Origin: Prasinococcaceae sp. CCMP 1430
Taxonomy: Eukaryota > Plantae > Prasinodermophyta
DNA: 64,000 nt
Direction of reading: 5' to 3'
Assembly (NCBI GenBank): GCA_013416795.1
Contig: RQSC01000908.1
Coordinates: forward strand, 1,339-65,338
Shown: positions 1 to 13,588 of the stretch, piece by piece
Numbering within the stretch: the stretch's first letter is position 1
Layout of the letters: every line of letters begins with the position of its first letter
Position numbers and translations under genes: made by a program
The notes under the pieces: generated by a model
Database searches by the model: none
Seen by the model: the letters and a program-made list of their open reading frames with translations, nothing else
Told to the model about the DNA's origin: nothing

Positions 1-6
1 CGCGAG

Positions 7-3000
7 ATGGTGGGCAGCGCGCGCGGAGTGCTCGGTCCCAGCGGCTCCGCCGAGAGCAGGCAGAGCGTGGCGTCGGCGGTGCGCTGCGTCGGCGCGCTGG
101 CGGCGCCCACCGCGAGGTTTTTTGGGCCAGAGCGGGCGCAGGCAGAGCTGCAAGGCATGCTCGCCATGCTGCTGCCGCACGCGGCGGCGGCGCAGATCCG
201 AGCCCTCGATTTCGCAGAGGACGCCATCGGCATGTCGTGCGCGCTGCTTCGAGCCTTCGCGCTGCTTGCGGCGGCCATCGAGACGCTCGACAGCTCCGCT
301 GTCGCGGCGTTCGCAGACGTGCTCTCGGCGACGCTCGTGTATTTGCCCGACATGTATCGCAAGCAGCGCGCGAGATTCTACGCGGCCGTGGCCGCGTTGC
401 TGCAGGCGCTGTTTGCTGCCGAGGGCGATCGTCACGCCGCCGTTGCGGCCGCCGTCATGAACACGCTCGCGCGGCGGTCCATCGATCTCGCGCTGCTCCC
501 TGCATCCGCAGATTCTGGAAGTGCAGCGCCCATCGCCCTGGTGGATGCGCGCGCTGTGGGCGAGGGCGAGGAGGACTGGTGGCTCGACGCCGAAAGCGGA
601 AGTCCCGGGGTCGCCCTCGCGGCGTACACGCGCGGAGCGTTGTCGCGGCCGATGCGATCTGACTACGCCGGGCTGTGGGTCGCACTCGCGTCCGGGAGCG
701 TACCGCCTCCCGAGGCGGTCGGAACGCGTGACGAGGCGAGGCATGTATATGCGGGCGCCTGCGCCGCCACCTCCGGCGCATCTGGTCATGACTCGACGAG
801 CGCTGGCCCGGACGGCACAGGGCATTGGCACAGCACCGCCTCCGCTGCCGTCTTGTACTTTTGCGAGGCCGCGCTCGACGTGATGGAGGCGCTCGACCTT
901 CGCTACACGGAGCGCATAGGCAGCGATGCCCTGCTGCCCAGCGCCGGCGTCGACAAGGACGGCGCCTCGCACGACCTCGTGTCGGGCGTTGCCCTCGCCG
1001 CCTCAAATCCTGGGGACATGGCGCGCTTCCTCGCGCTCACGAGCCTTCTGCGCGAGGTTGTGGAGCGGCTGCCTTACCACCATGCGGCGGCATGGGTGCC
1101 TGAGACCGTCCGGCGCTGCATCGCGCTGGCCGAACAGTACCCCCTGCTTTCGGGCTTTTACAAGCTGCTTGAGGTCGCGAGCGTTGTGTGTCGGGCTGAA
1201 ATGAGCAGCGGGGGGGGCCCATGCACAGCGTCCGGCAACGAGATCGGGAGCACGAGCGGCGAGCGCACAGTGGGCCACTGCATGGACGTTGATGGCGCAG
1301 AGGACGGCCTCGGCGAGTCTGTGCGCTCGTCCGACAATGGCCTCGGCGATGCGCGCGTGATGCTGACGTCGTACCTGCCCCTCGTGGCGTCCCGCGCGCG
1401 ACGGTACCCAGACCTTGAGCTCAAGACAAGCTGCTTGCGCTGCGCGTTGGTGGGCGTGCCTGCTATGGTCCATGCGCGTGAGGCGGCCTGCACGCTCATT
1501 GAGGGCTTTAGCGTGGTCGCTGAGCATGCCCCGCTGTCTGCGCCTGTGCTCGCAGCGCTCGAGAGATGGAACCGGGTGCGGCCCTCGACGCTGTTGCCCA
1601 ACCTGCCGCGAATCGTCAGGGCCATGACGCGCGCTCTTGGCATTGACAAGGCGTACGCCCACAGCGCTGCCCAGGACCGCGCGCTGCGCTTTCTTGGATC
1701 CATCGGCGGCCTGGTGCACACCGCCGTCGCCGATGGGGACGGCGCCCTCGGCGCTCCGTGGACGTCGCCTGGAAGGGCGGGGTCGCTGGGTTGCGTCGGC
1801 GAGGTGCACGGTGGAGCGGGCGCGTCTGAGCTCTTCGATCCGGTCGAGCGGCCCGTGAGTATGCCCCTCGGCAGCGTGGACCCTTACAGACATGTCGGTG
1901 TACCGCTCGACGCCCTCGCCGGCAATGTTACGCGCCTCTCCCTGCATGCGGTGGATCCCGCAGTGCGACTGGCCGCCCGCGAGGCGCTGCACGCGTTGGT
2001 GTCTTTCGCCGTTGGTGCCGGGGTTGAGCTCATCGGCCGCGGTAGCGTGAGCTCGCGCGGGCGTGACGGGGGCGGTCACGGAACCGGAGCCGACTTTGAA
2101 CGTGCTGCCTCCGAGCGCATGGACGGCTTCTACAGACAGGTCATGCCCGCTGTGCTGGAGCTTGCAGCGAGCGGCGACAGCGCTTCGAGCGTCATGTTCG
2201 GCGACCTCTCCTATCAGCTTGTGCACTGGTTTACCTCCAATCGTGACAGAGATAATCCGGAGAGCATTGCCATCCTCGACGCCATTCTCGATGGGATGTG
2301 CCACGAGTCCAGCGTGCCCATACGGGAGCGCAGTACAGCGCTCGTCGAAGAGTTCATGAGGTGGTACGTCGCATGATTCGCGCTGTTGAGAGCGTGTGCC
2401 CGTGCGTGCGTGGTCGCCCCTGCTGCGTGCACACACGCGGCACTTGCATGAGCGCGTGCCTTCTCCTGGAAGCCGCGCCCTGTAGTCACCCGGTGACCAT
2501 GCCACTGATCACGCTGCAACCCTTGTGGTGCACTCTGTATCGTCGCCCCCCGCCATTGGCGCGAACCCCACCTTCGAACGCGCCCACTGCCAGGTCTATC
2601 AAACACACGGCGTCCGAGGAGCTCGCGCGGGTTAACGCCGACGAGCTGCTGCGCCGGCTTCAGCTTCGGCTTTCCGATCCGAGCGTGCTACGTCGCGTTG
2701 GGGCCTGCCTTGCGTTGCGTCGCCTGTACGGAGTGTTGCGCTCGCAGCGCGCTCTGCTGGATCGATTCTTGCTTGACTTCTTCCCCCACGCGATGACCGC
2801 ACTTGCGATGGCCGCGGAGAGCAGCACCAGCACTAGCCTGGGCGAGGGCAATTCGGAGCACTCGCACAGCGCAGTTGAGGAGGCGCAGCAGGCCCTTCAT
2901 GTCGTGACTGAGCTATGCAAGCACCACCAGAGCGTCTTTCGCGAGTCCAAGGCAGAGCGCGGTAGGCTTACGTGCACCGCGGACGTTGTTGCGTGGGTAT

Positions 3001-6000
3001 GGACCCACACTTGGAAGACTCAGCGCGTGGTGCGCAAGGCCGCCATGCGCACGTTCTGCGGGCTGCTGCGGGGACGCGCGCAGTCGAATGGTGAGGACGA
3101 GCGCGCGGCGATTTTGAGGTGGGTGGGAAACAACGCGAGTCTTGTGAAGAGCACGATCGATGCCGTCGCCCTTTCGGCATCGCAGAGTGCTATTGAGGAC
3201 CTCGACGTGCGCGGACAGTCGGACGCGGACATGCGACGCGTGCTATCGCACGTGCGTGCCATACAGGCCGCCCTCAACTGGCACGAATGGGCGCTCAAGA
3301 AGCGCGTCGTTTCCGTGGCAGAGTTGTCACACGGCGAGGCCGGCGCTGGTGGCCAATGCGACGGCCCGGGCGCGCGCTGCGTGCGTGCGGCATCGGGTGC
3401 GGTGGCGAGACTATGCCTCATCAACGCCAATGATCTGCCCCAGGAGGTCGAGAGCGCCCTCGCACCGAGGCTGCGCTCGCACGTCGTCTCGAGCTCTCCC
3501 TTCAGCCCGCACCTTGCTGAGCTCCTCAGCGAGGGCGTCGACCTTCTCATGGACCTGCAGCGATTCCTGCTTGCACTGCCGGACACACGCGACGGAACGC
3601 TCGCGCTGGTTGGCGATTGCGCGTCTGCGAGCGTCTGTGCCGCGCTCGCCGCGTGCGTCCTGTCGCCCAACGACGTCGGCCTCAGCGCGGCGGACACCAA
3701 AGGCAGGGACAACGCAAAAGTTCAAACAGTCAGGATCGTGGCGAAGCGCGCCATCTGGGCACGCGCAGCGAGGGGCGGTGGTGGTGGTGGCGGCGGCGAC
3801 GGCATGGGTGGAGATGGCCTGGCACCGGCAGGTCAGTGCGCGCTGCTCGAGGGCATTGGCAAGGCAATGCGCTGGTACTTGAAACACCCCATCGCGAGCG
3901 TCCCGGGGCTTACCGCCGCTATCACCGAGCGTGGCACGGCGAGCAGTCGCGCGCTTGGCGCGGTTGAGCTGGCCGTGGCCGGCCTGCGCGCGATGGACAA
4001 GGCAAATGTGCTTGCGGCACTCTGCGGCGAGGTGTTCTGCGAGACGCTTCCGCCCGAACTGTTGCGGTGCGCACAGGCTGCGGCAGGGGCCAGCTCGTCG
4101 CCGCTCCTGCGCCTCGCTGGGGGTATGTTCGAGCTGGCGCTTGCGCTCGACAGCACCCGCAGACATGGCGTTTTCCTCAGCCTTCTCAGCGATAGCGACC
4201 CCGCTTCTGCGCGCTTGTACGGCGCATGCAAAAAGTCGGTCGACAAATGGGTGGCGTTTAGCAGCGAGAGCATCGTCGCGTTGCTCTTCATCAGGGCGCC
4301 CGCGAGCACCGTCGCGCGCTCCCTGCTTGTTGAGAGCCTGGCAGAGGCCTGCAGCATGCCACGAGCTTCCTTGGACGGGATGACGACGTCGGGTTCGGAT
4401 GCTGCGCCTTTAGCCCTGTCGCTATCGCAGAAGCTCGGGGTCGGGCAGGCGGCCCAGCTGGCCGCACGCGCGGCGAAACACGTACGCGAGCTTTCGAAAA
4501 ATGAAGCGTGGCTCGACGAGCCCGGCATGCTATCACATGTGACGCCTTGGGTGCGGCAGCGCCGACTCTTTTTGCAGGTGATTGACCCCCTCATCAAGCT
4601 CGACGAGCGCTCTACGCTCTCAGAAAGCTCCCCCTCCCATGACTTCATCGTGGGCGAGTTCACCGCGTGCGTGCGTGCGCAGCAGCACAACCGCCTCTGC
4701 TGCGCAGGGAATGCGACGCGTCTCGCGGGCGAGTCGGAATCGACGAATGACGGAAACGAGGACATCCCCGCGCACGCCCAGGCTGAGCTCATCTCGCTCC
4801 AGGCTGATGCCATGGCGCTGCTCCCCGCCTTCGTGCGATCGGCATGGGCAGACCATGGCGGCGCAGGCAGCCTTTCGAGTCCGGGTGGCCGTGGCAGAGA
4901 GGGCGATAGAGACCAACTGATGAAGGCGATCCGCGACGTGCTTACTCTTGACCTACCGTTGGAGCGCTCAGCGGAACACTGGCGTGAGCGCGAGTGCTCG
5001 CCGCAATACATGCGCATGGGCCGCCTCGTTGGCGGGCTGCTAGCGAGCGCGCGCGCAGCCTTGGAGGTTGGCGCTGACGCCGCTGTCCTCAGAGTGCTTC
5101 TGAGATCGCCGCTCCTGCGCGACCCCAAGCATGTGCTCGCGCCCGCAGTGGACGAGGCGATGGAGGAGTGGGCGCAGGCCGTCGCCGCGACTGCCGCCGG
5201 CGTTGGCGGGCTCGCGGGAGCCTCACAAGGGCTCCCTGGCAGCCCGGGCGAGAGTGTCCGCGGGCCCGTCGCGGATGCGCTGGGGCTCTCCAAACTGCCA
5301 CGTGCCGTGGCGAGCATCCTGGAGATGTGCCGCTCTCTCTTTCTCGATGACGATGCGGCCCACGAGGGCGATCTGCGCTGCGTCAGCGACAGGCTACTCC
5401 CTCGCATCATCTCCAAGTGCGATCCTGCGGCGCGCGCAGTGATCCTTCACGCGTTCCTCGATCGTTTGCTCGCTGCCATCGATGCCGCTGCAAGGGTCGG
5501 CCCGCAAGGACGTACGGACGAGGCTGAGCGTGCGCTGCTCACGGCGGGCGCCTGCGCGTGGGGCATACTTGGCGAGCTTCTTTTCGGCCTCACAACTGAT
5601 GCGGTCAAGGAGCACGCGCCCTCCTTCAGCACAAAGGTGGTCGTGCAGAAAGCGGAGAGGGCGATGAAGCACACGCCGACGCATGACTCGAACGAGGGCG
5701 CCGTCGCGGAGTGCTCTGCGAGAGCCTTTGCCGCGCTTGCGCGCGCATTCGTGTGCCTGAACATCGCTAGCACAAGCGTTGATGGATTGGTGACAGAGCG
5801 GCTTATCGACAGGCTCAGGCCTTCGGGGGGCGACTTCCAGGCGTTCGCCACTGCTGCGTCTCAACCGAGCGTTGTTCTCTCGTTGCCTGTCGAGATGGCT
5901 GAATCCAACTCCTTGCAGCGCCGAAGGGCGCATCTGCGCGCGTCGTGGGGTGCTACGGCTGTGGCTGCAGCGGACACGGCCGCAGACGCCCCGCCGCATG

Positions 6001-9000
6001 CCTGGATGCGCTCGTCAGTCGTGTCACAGGCGCTCGCAGTGTCGCAGCTCAACACGCTCGCGGCGCTACCGCGCAACGAGGGAGGGCGCGCCGCTGGAGG
6101 CGGGCGGCCCAAGGGCAGCACGACAGCGACTATTTCGGCGAGCGTCGGGGCAGCCAGCCCGAGTGCGCTCACGCTTGAGCTCACGCAGGGCGACGGCGGT
6201 ATGAATGCAGGTGCGACCGTCTCCGGCAGGGGCATTCCCGCAGCTGTGGCGGCTGCAGGTGTGCTGGACGAGCGCGATGACGACGACGAGCTCGACGGCC
6301 ACCCCGTTGCGCGCGCGCTACGTTTGATCGTCGAGCGTATGGCGTCTCGCGACAGCCCCGAGGCGGGAGGTGGCGAGTCGCCCAGGCCTCGGTGGATTGC
6401 GTCGATGACCGAGGTCATGGATGCACCCGCCACGCCCCTGCACACTCGCCTGCTCATGGCGAAGGCCTTTCTTTGCGCGCCTGGAGTGGTGACGAGGTAC
6501 AGCCGGTGGGTCTTCGGCCCATGCGCGCGCGCAGTGTTGTCGACGACGTCCGCGGCCGCGGGCGCGGAGGGCGAGAGCGCCAGTGGTCTGCACCTGAATT
6601 ATCTTGTGCGCGACTGCCTTGTTGCGGCCGTCGCATGGCTGGAAGCTATTGGAACGGCTAAGCTGCTGCGCTCCGAGCCCGGCTCGAGCGAGGAAGCCCG
6701 CAAACTCGTGATCTTTGCCTGCCGCTCCGCATGGTCCTCCAAATGCAGCACCTATCGCACGCTGCGTGACACTATCGTGCTCCTGCGGCCTCTCGTGCGT
6801 GCGTGGGCTGTGGAGCTCGGTCTGGGGCCCGACCTCGCGCTGGGGCACTTTGGTGCAGCCGCGGTGGCAGACGAGCGCGCGGCAGCAGAAATCAACCCAA
6901 ACGGTGCCTCCGGCCACAGCGAGCGTGAGAGTGCTCTGCACCACACGCTTGCTGGCCTCCATGTGCTGGGCATGCTTGCCCAGAGCGGGGCGCCGTGTGC
7001 TGGGCAAGAGGCTGATTGGGAGGGCGTGTGGCCGCGCCTGCTGGATTTCGTTGGCTCGCGGCGCAAACGTGTTCGGCAACTCGCCGCTGAGACGCTCGGC
7101 GTATGTCTGGCTACGCTGCACTGCCGCGTCCCGCGGAGTGGCGCGTACGCGCGCTTGCTCGAGCAGACGCGGCAGCGATACGCGCACTTGCTGCTTGACG
7201 GCGGGTCGGCCAGCAGGCGTGCGAGTGGGCGTGCCAGCACAGCCGACGCTTTCAGCAGTGGATCTGCTGCCCCGACCGCTCTGCCCGAGGGTGAGACGGT
7301 ACTGGCTATCGATGCGACCGCCGCGCATCACTGTATGGTGATCGACAAGACGCTTGAGCAGGCGCTGGCCGACCGCGCGCGCAGTGTGCATGGCGAGGCG
7401 CGGCTCGCTGCCCTGCGAGCTCTTCGCGCGCGCGCGTCTTTTGGGGTCAAAGGCGGCTGCGCGACGACCGGACGAGAGCTGTTGCTGGACTCGCTCATGC
7501 CGACCCTTCGTCTAGTCTTGGACAAGCACGACCCTCCGGCGCAGCTTCTTGCGGTTCAGCTTCTCAGCCATCTGCTGCCGTACCTTTTTGACGCCGGCAC
7601 GAGCGATGCGCAGCGCCAGCGCACGGAGCGCGCGCGCGCCGAGTTGCTCGCGCTCTTGCGCCTGCGGTTTGCGTCACACTCGGACGAGGCCTGCCGGAGC
7701 GAGTACCACGCCATGCTCATGGCCGCGGCCGCAGGGGAGGGCATCGCGCCCCTCCAAGGCGAGGTGCGCGTGCATCTGCTCGGTGCCCTGACGGACCCCT
7801 CGCATAGGCTGCGCACCGCGGCCGCCAACTGGCTGCACGAGCACCTCCCGCCCGAAGCGCCACAACGCCTCGCCTGGCTGCTCGAGGCGGCTGCATGTGC
7901 TGAGGTGGCAGCGTCCGCGCCGTGTGTCGCCGCAACGCTCATGGTGCAGCTGGGTCGCGACTCGCCCACGTGGGACGACACGTCGGCCTATGCTCGCAAG
8001 CAACTTGCGAACGCGACGTTCGGCGAGGGCAGGGTATTTCAAGGAGGAACCGACGTTGGAGGGGCCGCAGAGTCTTTGCCTCTGACGCCCATGTTTTCGT
8101 CCCTCCCGAGGTCGATGCTGCCGGAGTCAGCGCACCCAAGCGAGGCAGATGTGGCAGGTATGTTCAGCGCGGGCGCGAGCAGTGCCTGCATGCACATGGA
8201 CGCGCATTGGACGAACGTTGCCGGTGTTAACCCGCGGCGCGCCCGCGCTGTGCGCATCCTGTGTTGCCTCTCGTTGGGCCGCCTGCCGGCACGACGCTCA
8301 CTCGATGCGACATTGGCGTCGGCGTCGCAGGCTCACAACGGGCGCGACCCGGCTGGGTGCTTGCCACACAGGCTCGTGGCGGCGCGGGAGGCTTCACGCA
8401 GCTGACGTCAGCCTCGCTGGTGCCTATGTCGATGACGCTGAGCCAGATGCCCTCAGCCGAGTACGCGGGAGGGCGAAACTCCCTCCTCGCGGAGGTTTCG
8501 GGCGCGAGCGGTGTCAGCGCATCGACTTTGGGGTCGCTTGCGGGTGCGACAAAGCGCTCGCGCCTGGCCATGCGGCGCCCGTTGGCGATGTCGTCCTTCG
8601 TGCCGATGCTGGAAGGTGCGCGAGCGTCGTCTCTGCGAAAGCAGAGGCTGAACGCCGAGCGCCGTGAACAGGACGCGCGGGCCAACGCGGTGCCAATGTT
8701 CAGGGAGTACAGGCCCGGTGAGCTGGTCGACATTCAGATCTCCCCCCGTGATCTGTTCGCTCCGCTCGCGCGCGTTGCTGCGGCGGACGCGGAGGTCGCC
8801 ATTGTTTTGCTGAAGCCTATACTGGCAGCCACGCGCGATGACGAGGGGGCGCGGGCAGAGTGGGCGCGCTGCGAGGTAGCGTTTGCAGCAATGTTGGAGT
8901 CCTCTGCGGGCTCACCCGCGCCTGTTGCTCTAGTGCATGCCGCCGCGATCGATTGCTGTGAAGCGCGCCAACCGCTGCGCATTGGGCACGATGCGCTCGC

Positions 9001-12000
9001 CGCTGCGAGCACTCCTGCGGGCCTGGCCGCCGGTGCCGCACAAATCATCGAGGAGCTGCTCATCACGTCTCCAGATACAGCGAAGTCGAACAAAAGGCAC
9101 CGGAGTGGAGGCGTGCGGAATGCGGAGCGAGGTACGCTCGTAGCTGGTCTGGCGGAGCGCCTTTCCTTGCTGGCGCTTGCTCATGTTTTGCGACAGCCCC
9201 TTGCTGACATTTCATAGGCGCGGATGCCACCGCGAGCGTCACATCCCTGGCCCCCTCGCCCGAGGCGGCACGCCCGCTGTGGATGTGCCTGAGCCGTTTG
9301 TACATGGACCTGTGCGAGGATGAGAGCGCCGCCGGCTGCCTCGTCTCGGGTGGAATAGCCTCGATGACTGCGACGCTGAGGGCGCTTTGTGCGCGTGCTG
9401 CGGGCGATCCCATGGCGGTGCGCAAAGCCGTCGAGGGTTCGCTCAAGACTCAACGCACGTCACCAGACAAGTATGATAAGGCCGAGGCCAACGTGTGGTA
9501 CGACATCGACCTCGAGGCTATGCAGGCGCTCGGCGATTGGGACATGCTACTGGCGAATGTGCAGGTCGAGATTAGTGACATGATGCAGGAAGATGAGGCG
9601 GGACCTGCCGGCGACCAGCTGGCACAGAGGCACGAGGGGGCAGACCGCCACGCGGACCCAGAGGCAGCCGTTCGTGCGCAGGGGGAGGTGCGCGCTCTCC
9701 TGCACCCCGAGCGTGGGCGATTGCTGTCTATGTACGTGATTGCTGCTTCGCACAAAGGCGGCGCGGAGGCGCGCGCTCTTGTGGACCGTTGGGAGGAGCT
9801 CCAAGGAGACGCGCTCAGTCGAGAGGGCAACGAGGCCATCGGAGAGGTGCGTGGGAGAATCGCTTCTTCGCTTGCGCGCGAGCCACCTTTGTGAGTGCGG
9901 TTCGTCTTTCCCCCAGTGCTGACATGGACTGCGCGCTTTCGTACACCCTTGCGCGCCCAGGTCGAGCGCTTGGAGCTCCACGCAAGCTCTCTGGCAGCAG
10001 CCGCTCTGCAGTGCGGGCGCGAGGCGATGGTCCCGCATCTGGCCGAGACAGCACGCGCACGCGCGTGCCGTCGGCTCGCATCGCTTCACCCTCTCGCCAC
10101 GCGGGCGCGCCACGCGGCACTGGCTGACCTTGAGGCGCTCAATGCGGTCGAGGCTGCCGCTGCCGTGGCCGTGCGGGTCCGCGAAAGCCTAGGGGGTGGC
10201 GGCACGACCGCCACGCTCGCCGCGGCGGCGGCAATGGAGGCTAGACGGCAAGTGTCTGCGCCCTGGCCCGACGCCGTGTGGGACGGCCCGCACGAGTGGC
10301 ACGCGGCAGTGCGTGCCCGCCACGCGGCACTCCAGACAGTTGAGAAGGCCGGTGCCATCACAGGATCATTGAGTTCCAGCAAGAGCGCCCCGGCCGGTGC
10401 CTCCGCAGTCGCTGCGCGGGACATGTCAATGCGTCAAATGATGCGCGATGCCACCCGCGCAGCGCTTGACGTCGGCGAGCTTCGCACGGCGCAGGCATTC
10501 CTCGGCTCGCTGTCGCAACTCGACACAAGGATCGCCAACGCTGCGGCGAACCCTGCCGTCGCGTCCTCGGCGGAGGACAGGTTGCTGCTGAGCGCGCAAT
10601 GGCAGGCAATGGAAGCCCGCGGCGCGCCGATGTGGTTCCTCCAGGAGCGCAAGAAGGGGCTCGGGTGGCTGGTGCCGAGGCTCGAGCGTATGGCAGAGAA
10701 GTGTGAGGCTCTTGCGGCCTCCCGCGGTGCTTGGAACGACGGGTCGCCTTCACGTGGGCGCTGCGAGGCGCTGCGCGCAGAGGCGGATTGTCGCATGGCG
10801 CTTGCGTCGCTTTGCCCAAACCTGACTCAGAAGGCGACGGCTGCCCCCGACACCGAGGTTCGCCACCTCCAGAAGGCCGTGCGTGCGCTCGCCCAAGCTG
10901 CAGGGGCGGGCTCAGCGACTGCGACCGCAGCCGCAAGCGATGAAGATGACAGAGGAAGCGCTCTCTTTGACCTGATCCGGGCCACAGACCTGCTTCTGTC
11001 TGCAATGGATGAGGGGTCGCGCTACACAACTGAGCAAGGGGGCGCGCGGGCTGGACAGGACAGTGCCAGCACCGCCAGCACCGCCGCTGAGCTCCGCACG
11101 CAGCTCGTGCGTGCAGTCCTGCGTGGGACCCGCTACAACGCATCGGCAGCTTCGGAGTGGATGCCTCGCGCGCTTGCCGTTCTTGCGCGCTCGTCGCGCG
11201 CGCGTGCGGCCTTCGCTGAGGGTGTGAGCGGCGTGCCGCCGGGTGCGCTCGCGCCGTGGGCCCCGCAGCTGCTAGCGAGCCTCACGAGTGGTACAGAGGA
11301 CGACGCGCGCGCCGCGAGCGTCGCGCTGGACGTGGTGGCGCGTGCGCTTCCGCAGACTCTCTTCTGGCCGATGCGTGCCTCGCGCGCTGCGCTCGAAGGC
11401 AGCCCCGAGGCCGCGGCCCGCGCTGCGCCGCTCAGGGCGGCCATCGGCGAGGGCGCATGCGCCGCGCTGGAGCGGCTGGGCGCGGCGCTTGCCGATTGCG
11501 GCGCGCCACATATCCGGTGGAAAGGATACATCGAGGCGATTGAGAGCAAGCTGACGACCAACACGCCGCAGGCTCGAACGGAGGCCGCGACGCTCTGGCG
11601 CGAGGCCCGTGTGGAGCTCTTTGACTGGCCTTCGCTGACGTCGCGCGGCCACAGACGTGACTCGCGTGGGAAGGGTGGCACACGCGCGCTGTGGTGGGCG
11701 GACAAGCACGCCTCCGAGTTTGCAAGGCTCGACAAAGTATTTGGCAAAGACGGCGCTGGGCTGAGGTCGAGCGCGGTCGTCCAGAACGCGGCGAAGTTCA
11801 CAGAGTACGTGAGCAAAGCCAGGCTCAGCGTTGCTCAGCTGAAGCAGACTGACGAGAGAGATGGCCGCTCCCTGTACTTCGGCACGGGGCCGTGCAGGCT
11901 CGCGGCCTTGTCTCCCGACCTGGCGGCGTACACGCGCACTCAGCTCGAGCAGCGCGGGGGGGTAGCCCTTGCCGACGCTGGCGGCGCGAACCCAGCACGC

Positions 12001-13527
12001 AGGACGCGCGCGTTTGGCGACGCGTTTGTGCATGTGCCAGGTCTGCATGGCTCGCCGGGGGATGCTGTCGCAGGCTCGGCGCCGGAGGGCGTGGAGATGC
12101 TTGGAGCGGCGCCCCACGCGCGTGTCTTCGGCTCGAAGCAGCTGCCTGTCATGGTGCGACTGCGCGGCTCGGACGAGCTCGAGCACGGGCGCATCGTCAA
12201 GTCTGGTGAGGACTTGCGGCTCGACGCGCGCGTGCAGCAGCTTTTGCGCGCGATGAATGTCGCACTGCGCCGCGCGCCGCGCACCGCACGGAGGAGGCTC
12301 GAGGTGCACTGCTACGATGTGACGCCGCTGGGTTCGCAGTGTGGGCTGGTTGAGGTAGTCAATGCCATCACCGTTAAGGACGCAGTGGAACGCCGCGCCA
12401 AGGCTCCGGCAGCCCCCGCCGGTGGCAGCAAGCGCCGTCGTGAAAGCTCCGCGAGCCCCGCTGTGCTCACGAGCGCGGGTGTCGTGGATTGGCATGTTGA
12501 TGCAATTACGACCGCCCACAGGAAGGGCAAGCGCTCTGGCGTCGGCCTCGCGCAATCCATCCCCGCCTCGACATTGGCTTACTCGTACCTGGCCGTGCAC
12601 GACACGAAGGTGATGACCGACGAACAGGCCAGGACGGTGCTGCTCGATGCCTCGTCGATGCTGCCTGCGCACGCGCTGCGGCGCGCACTTGCGGCGCGCT
12701 GCCGAGGAGTGTCGGAGGCTTGGGTGGCACTGCGCGGGAGATACGCTTCGAGCCTGGCCGCGTCGTGCATTGGCGGGTGGATCCTCGGCCTGGGCGACAG
12801 GCACATCGAGAACATCATGCTCTCCAGCGACGGGAGCGTGGTGCCCATTGACTTTGGGTACTGCTTCGGAGCCGGGGCGATGCTGCTGCCGATTCCGGAG
12901 CTCGTCCCTTTCCGGCTGACTCCCCAGATGCTTTCGCCGCTGCTTCCGCAGCACGCCGCGCGTGCCGGCTCCACGCTACACTCGGACTGCGCGGCGGTGC
13001 TGCGCGCGCTTTGCGCCGCGCGCAGACAGCTCGCGGGTGTCGCGGAGGTCTTCGTGCGCGAGCCATTGCTCGATTGGGAGACAGAAGCGCGGAAGAGCGC
13101 CCGGACGATGGGCGATGTGGTCGCCGGTCTCGAACAGGCCGGTGCGGCTGCGGGCGACGTGGCCATGCTCCCGGCTGAGGGCGGCGCGGCTGGCGAGAGC
13201 AGAGCCCACAAATACGCGAGCCTGAAGGTGGACTTGTTCAACCGCAAGCTGCAGCTCGCCCACCCCACGCACGTGCTCGCCGAGGAATTGCGCCGCAACG
13301 CTACCCTGCGCCAGCTGGAGGAGCGCTGCGGCAACGCCGACATCGTTGGCGCGCTGGAGCGCACGCTGGACGGCGGGCCGGGCTCCGCCCGCGGCAGCGT
13401 GTGGCGCGCGCTGCGAAATGCGGAGCACTGCCGCAGCGAGGAGGAGTGCGCAAAGTGCCTTCTCGACCTCGCGAGCGATGGCGCGGTGCTCGGGCGCATG
13501 TGGTCGGGATGGTCGCCCTTTGTGTGA
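7..13527 (+). CDS. PRKDC: DNA-dependent protein kinase catalytic subunit (PIKK family), probably 5'-partial. Exons <7..2363, 2594..8157, 8331..9131, 9218..9846, 9961..13527
   Basis: Four GT-AG introns join five ORFs in frame, giving about 4300 aa. The first junction yields EFMRW|SIKH (cf. human EFLKWSIKQ). Also present: LGACLALRRLY, FREYRPGELVDIQI, the kinase motifs VKSGEDLRLDARVQQL, GLGDRHIEN and IDFGYCFG...LPIPELVPFRLTPQ, and the FATC end LGRMWSGWSPFV*. All resemble DNA-PKcs more than ATM/ATR/TOR. Confidence 0.96.
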
Positions 13528-13545
13528 GCGACCGCACGACATTTG

Positions 13546-13588
13546 TTGTAAAAGGAATACGTTGCTGTACCATTGCCTTTCGATTACA
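13546..13588. terminator. Convergent TGTAA poly(A) signals of PRKDC (+) and the M50 gene (-)
   Basis: TGTAA lies about 20 bp after the PRKDC stop. On the minus strand TGTAA overlaps the M50 stop codon (13584..13588). UGUAA is the established chlorophyte poly(A) signal. Confidence 0.55.
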
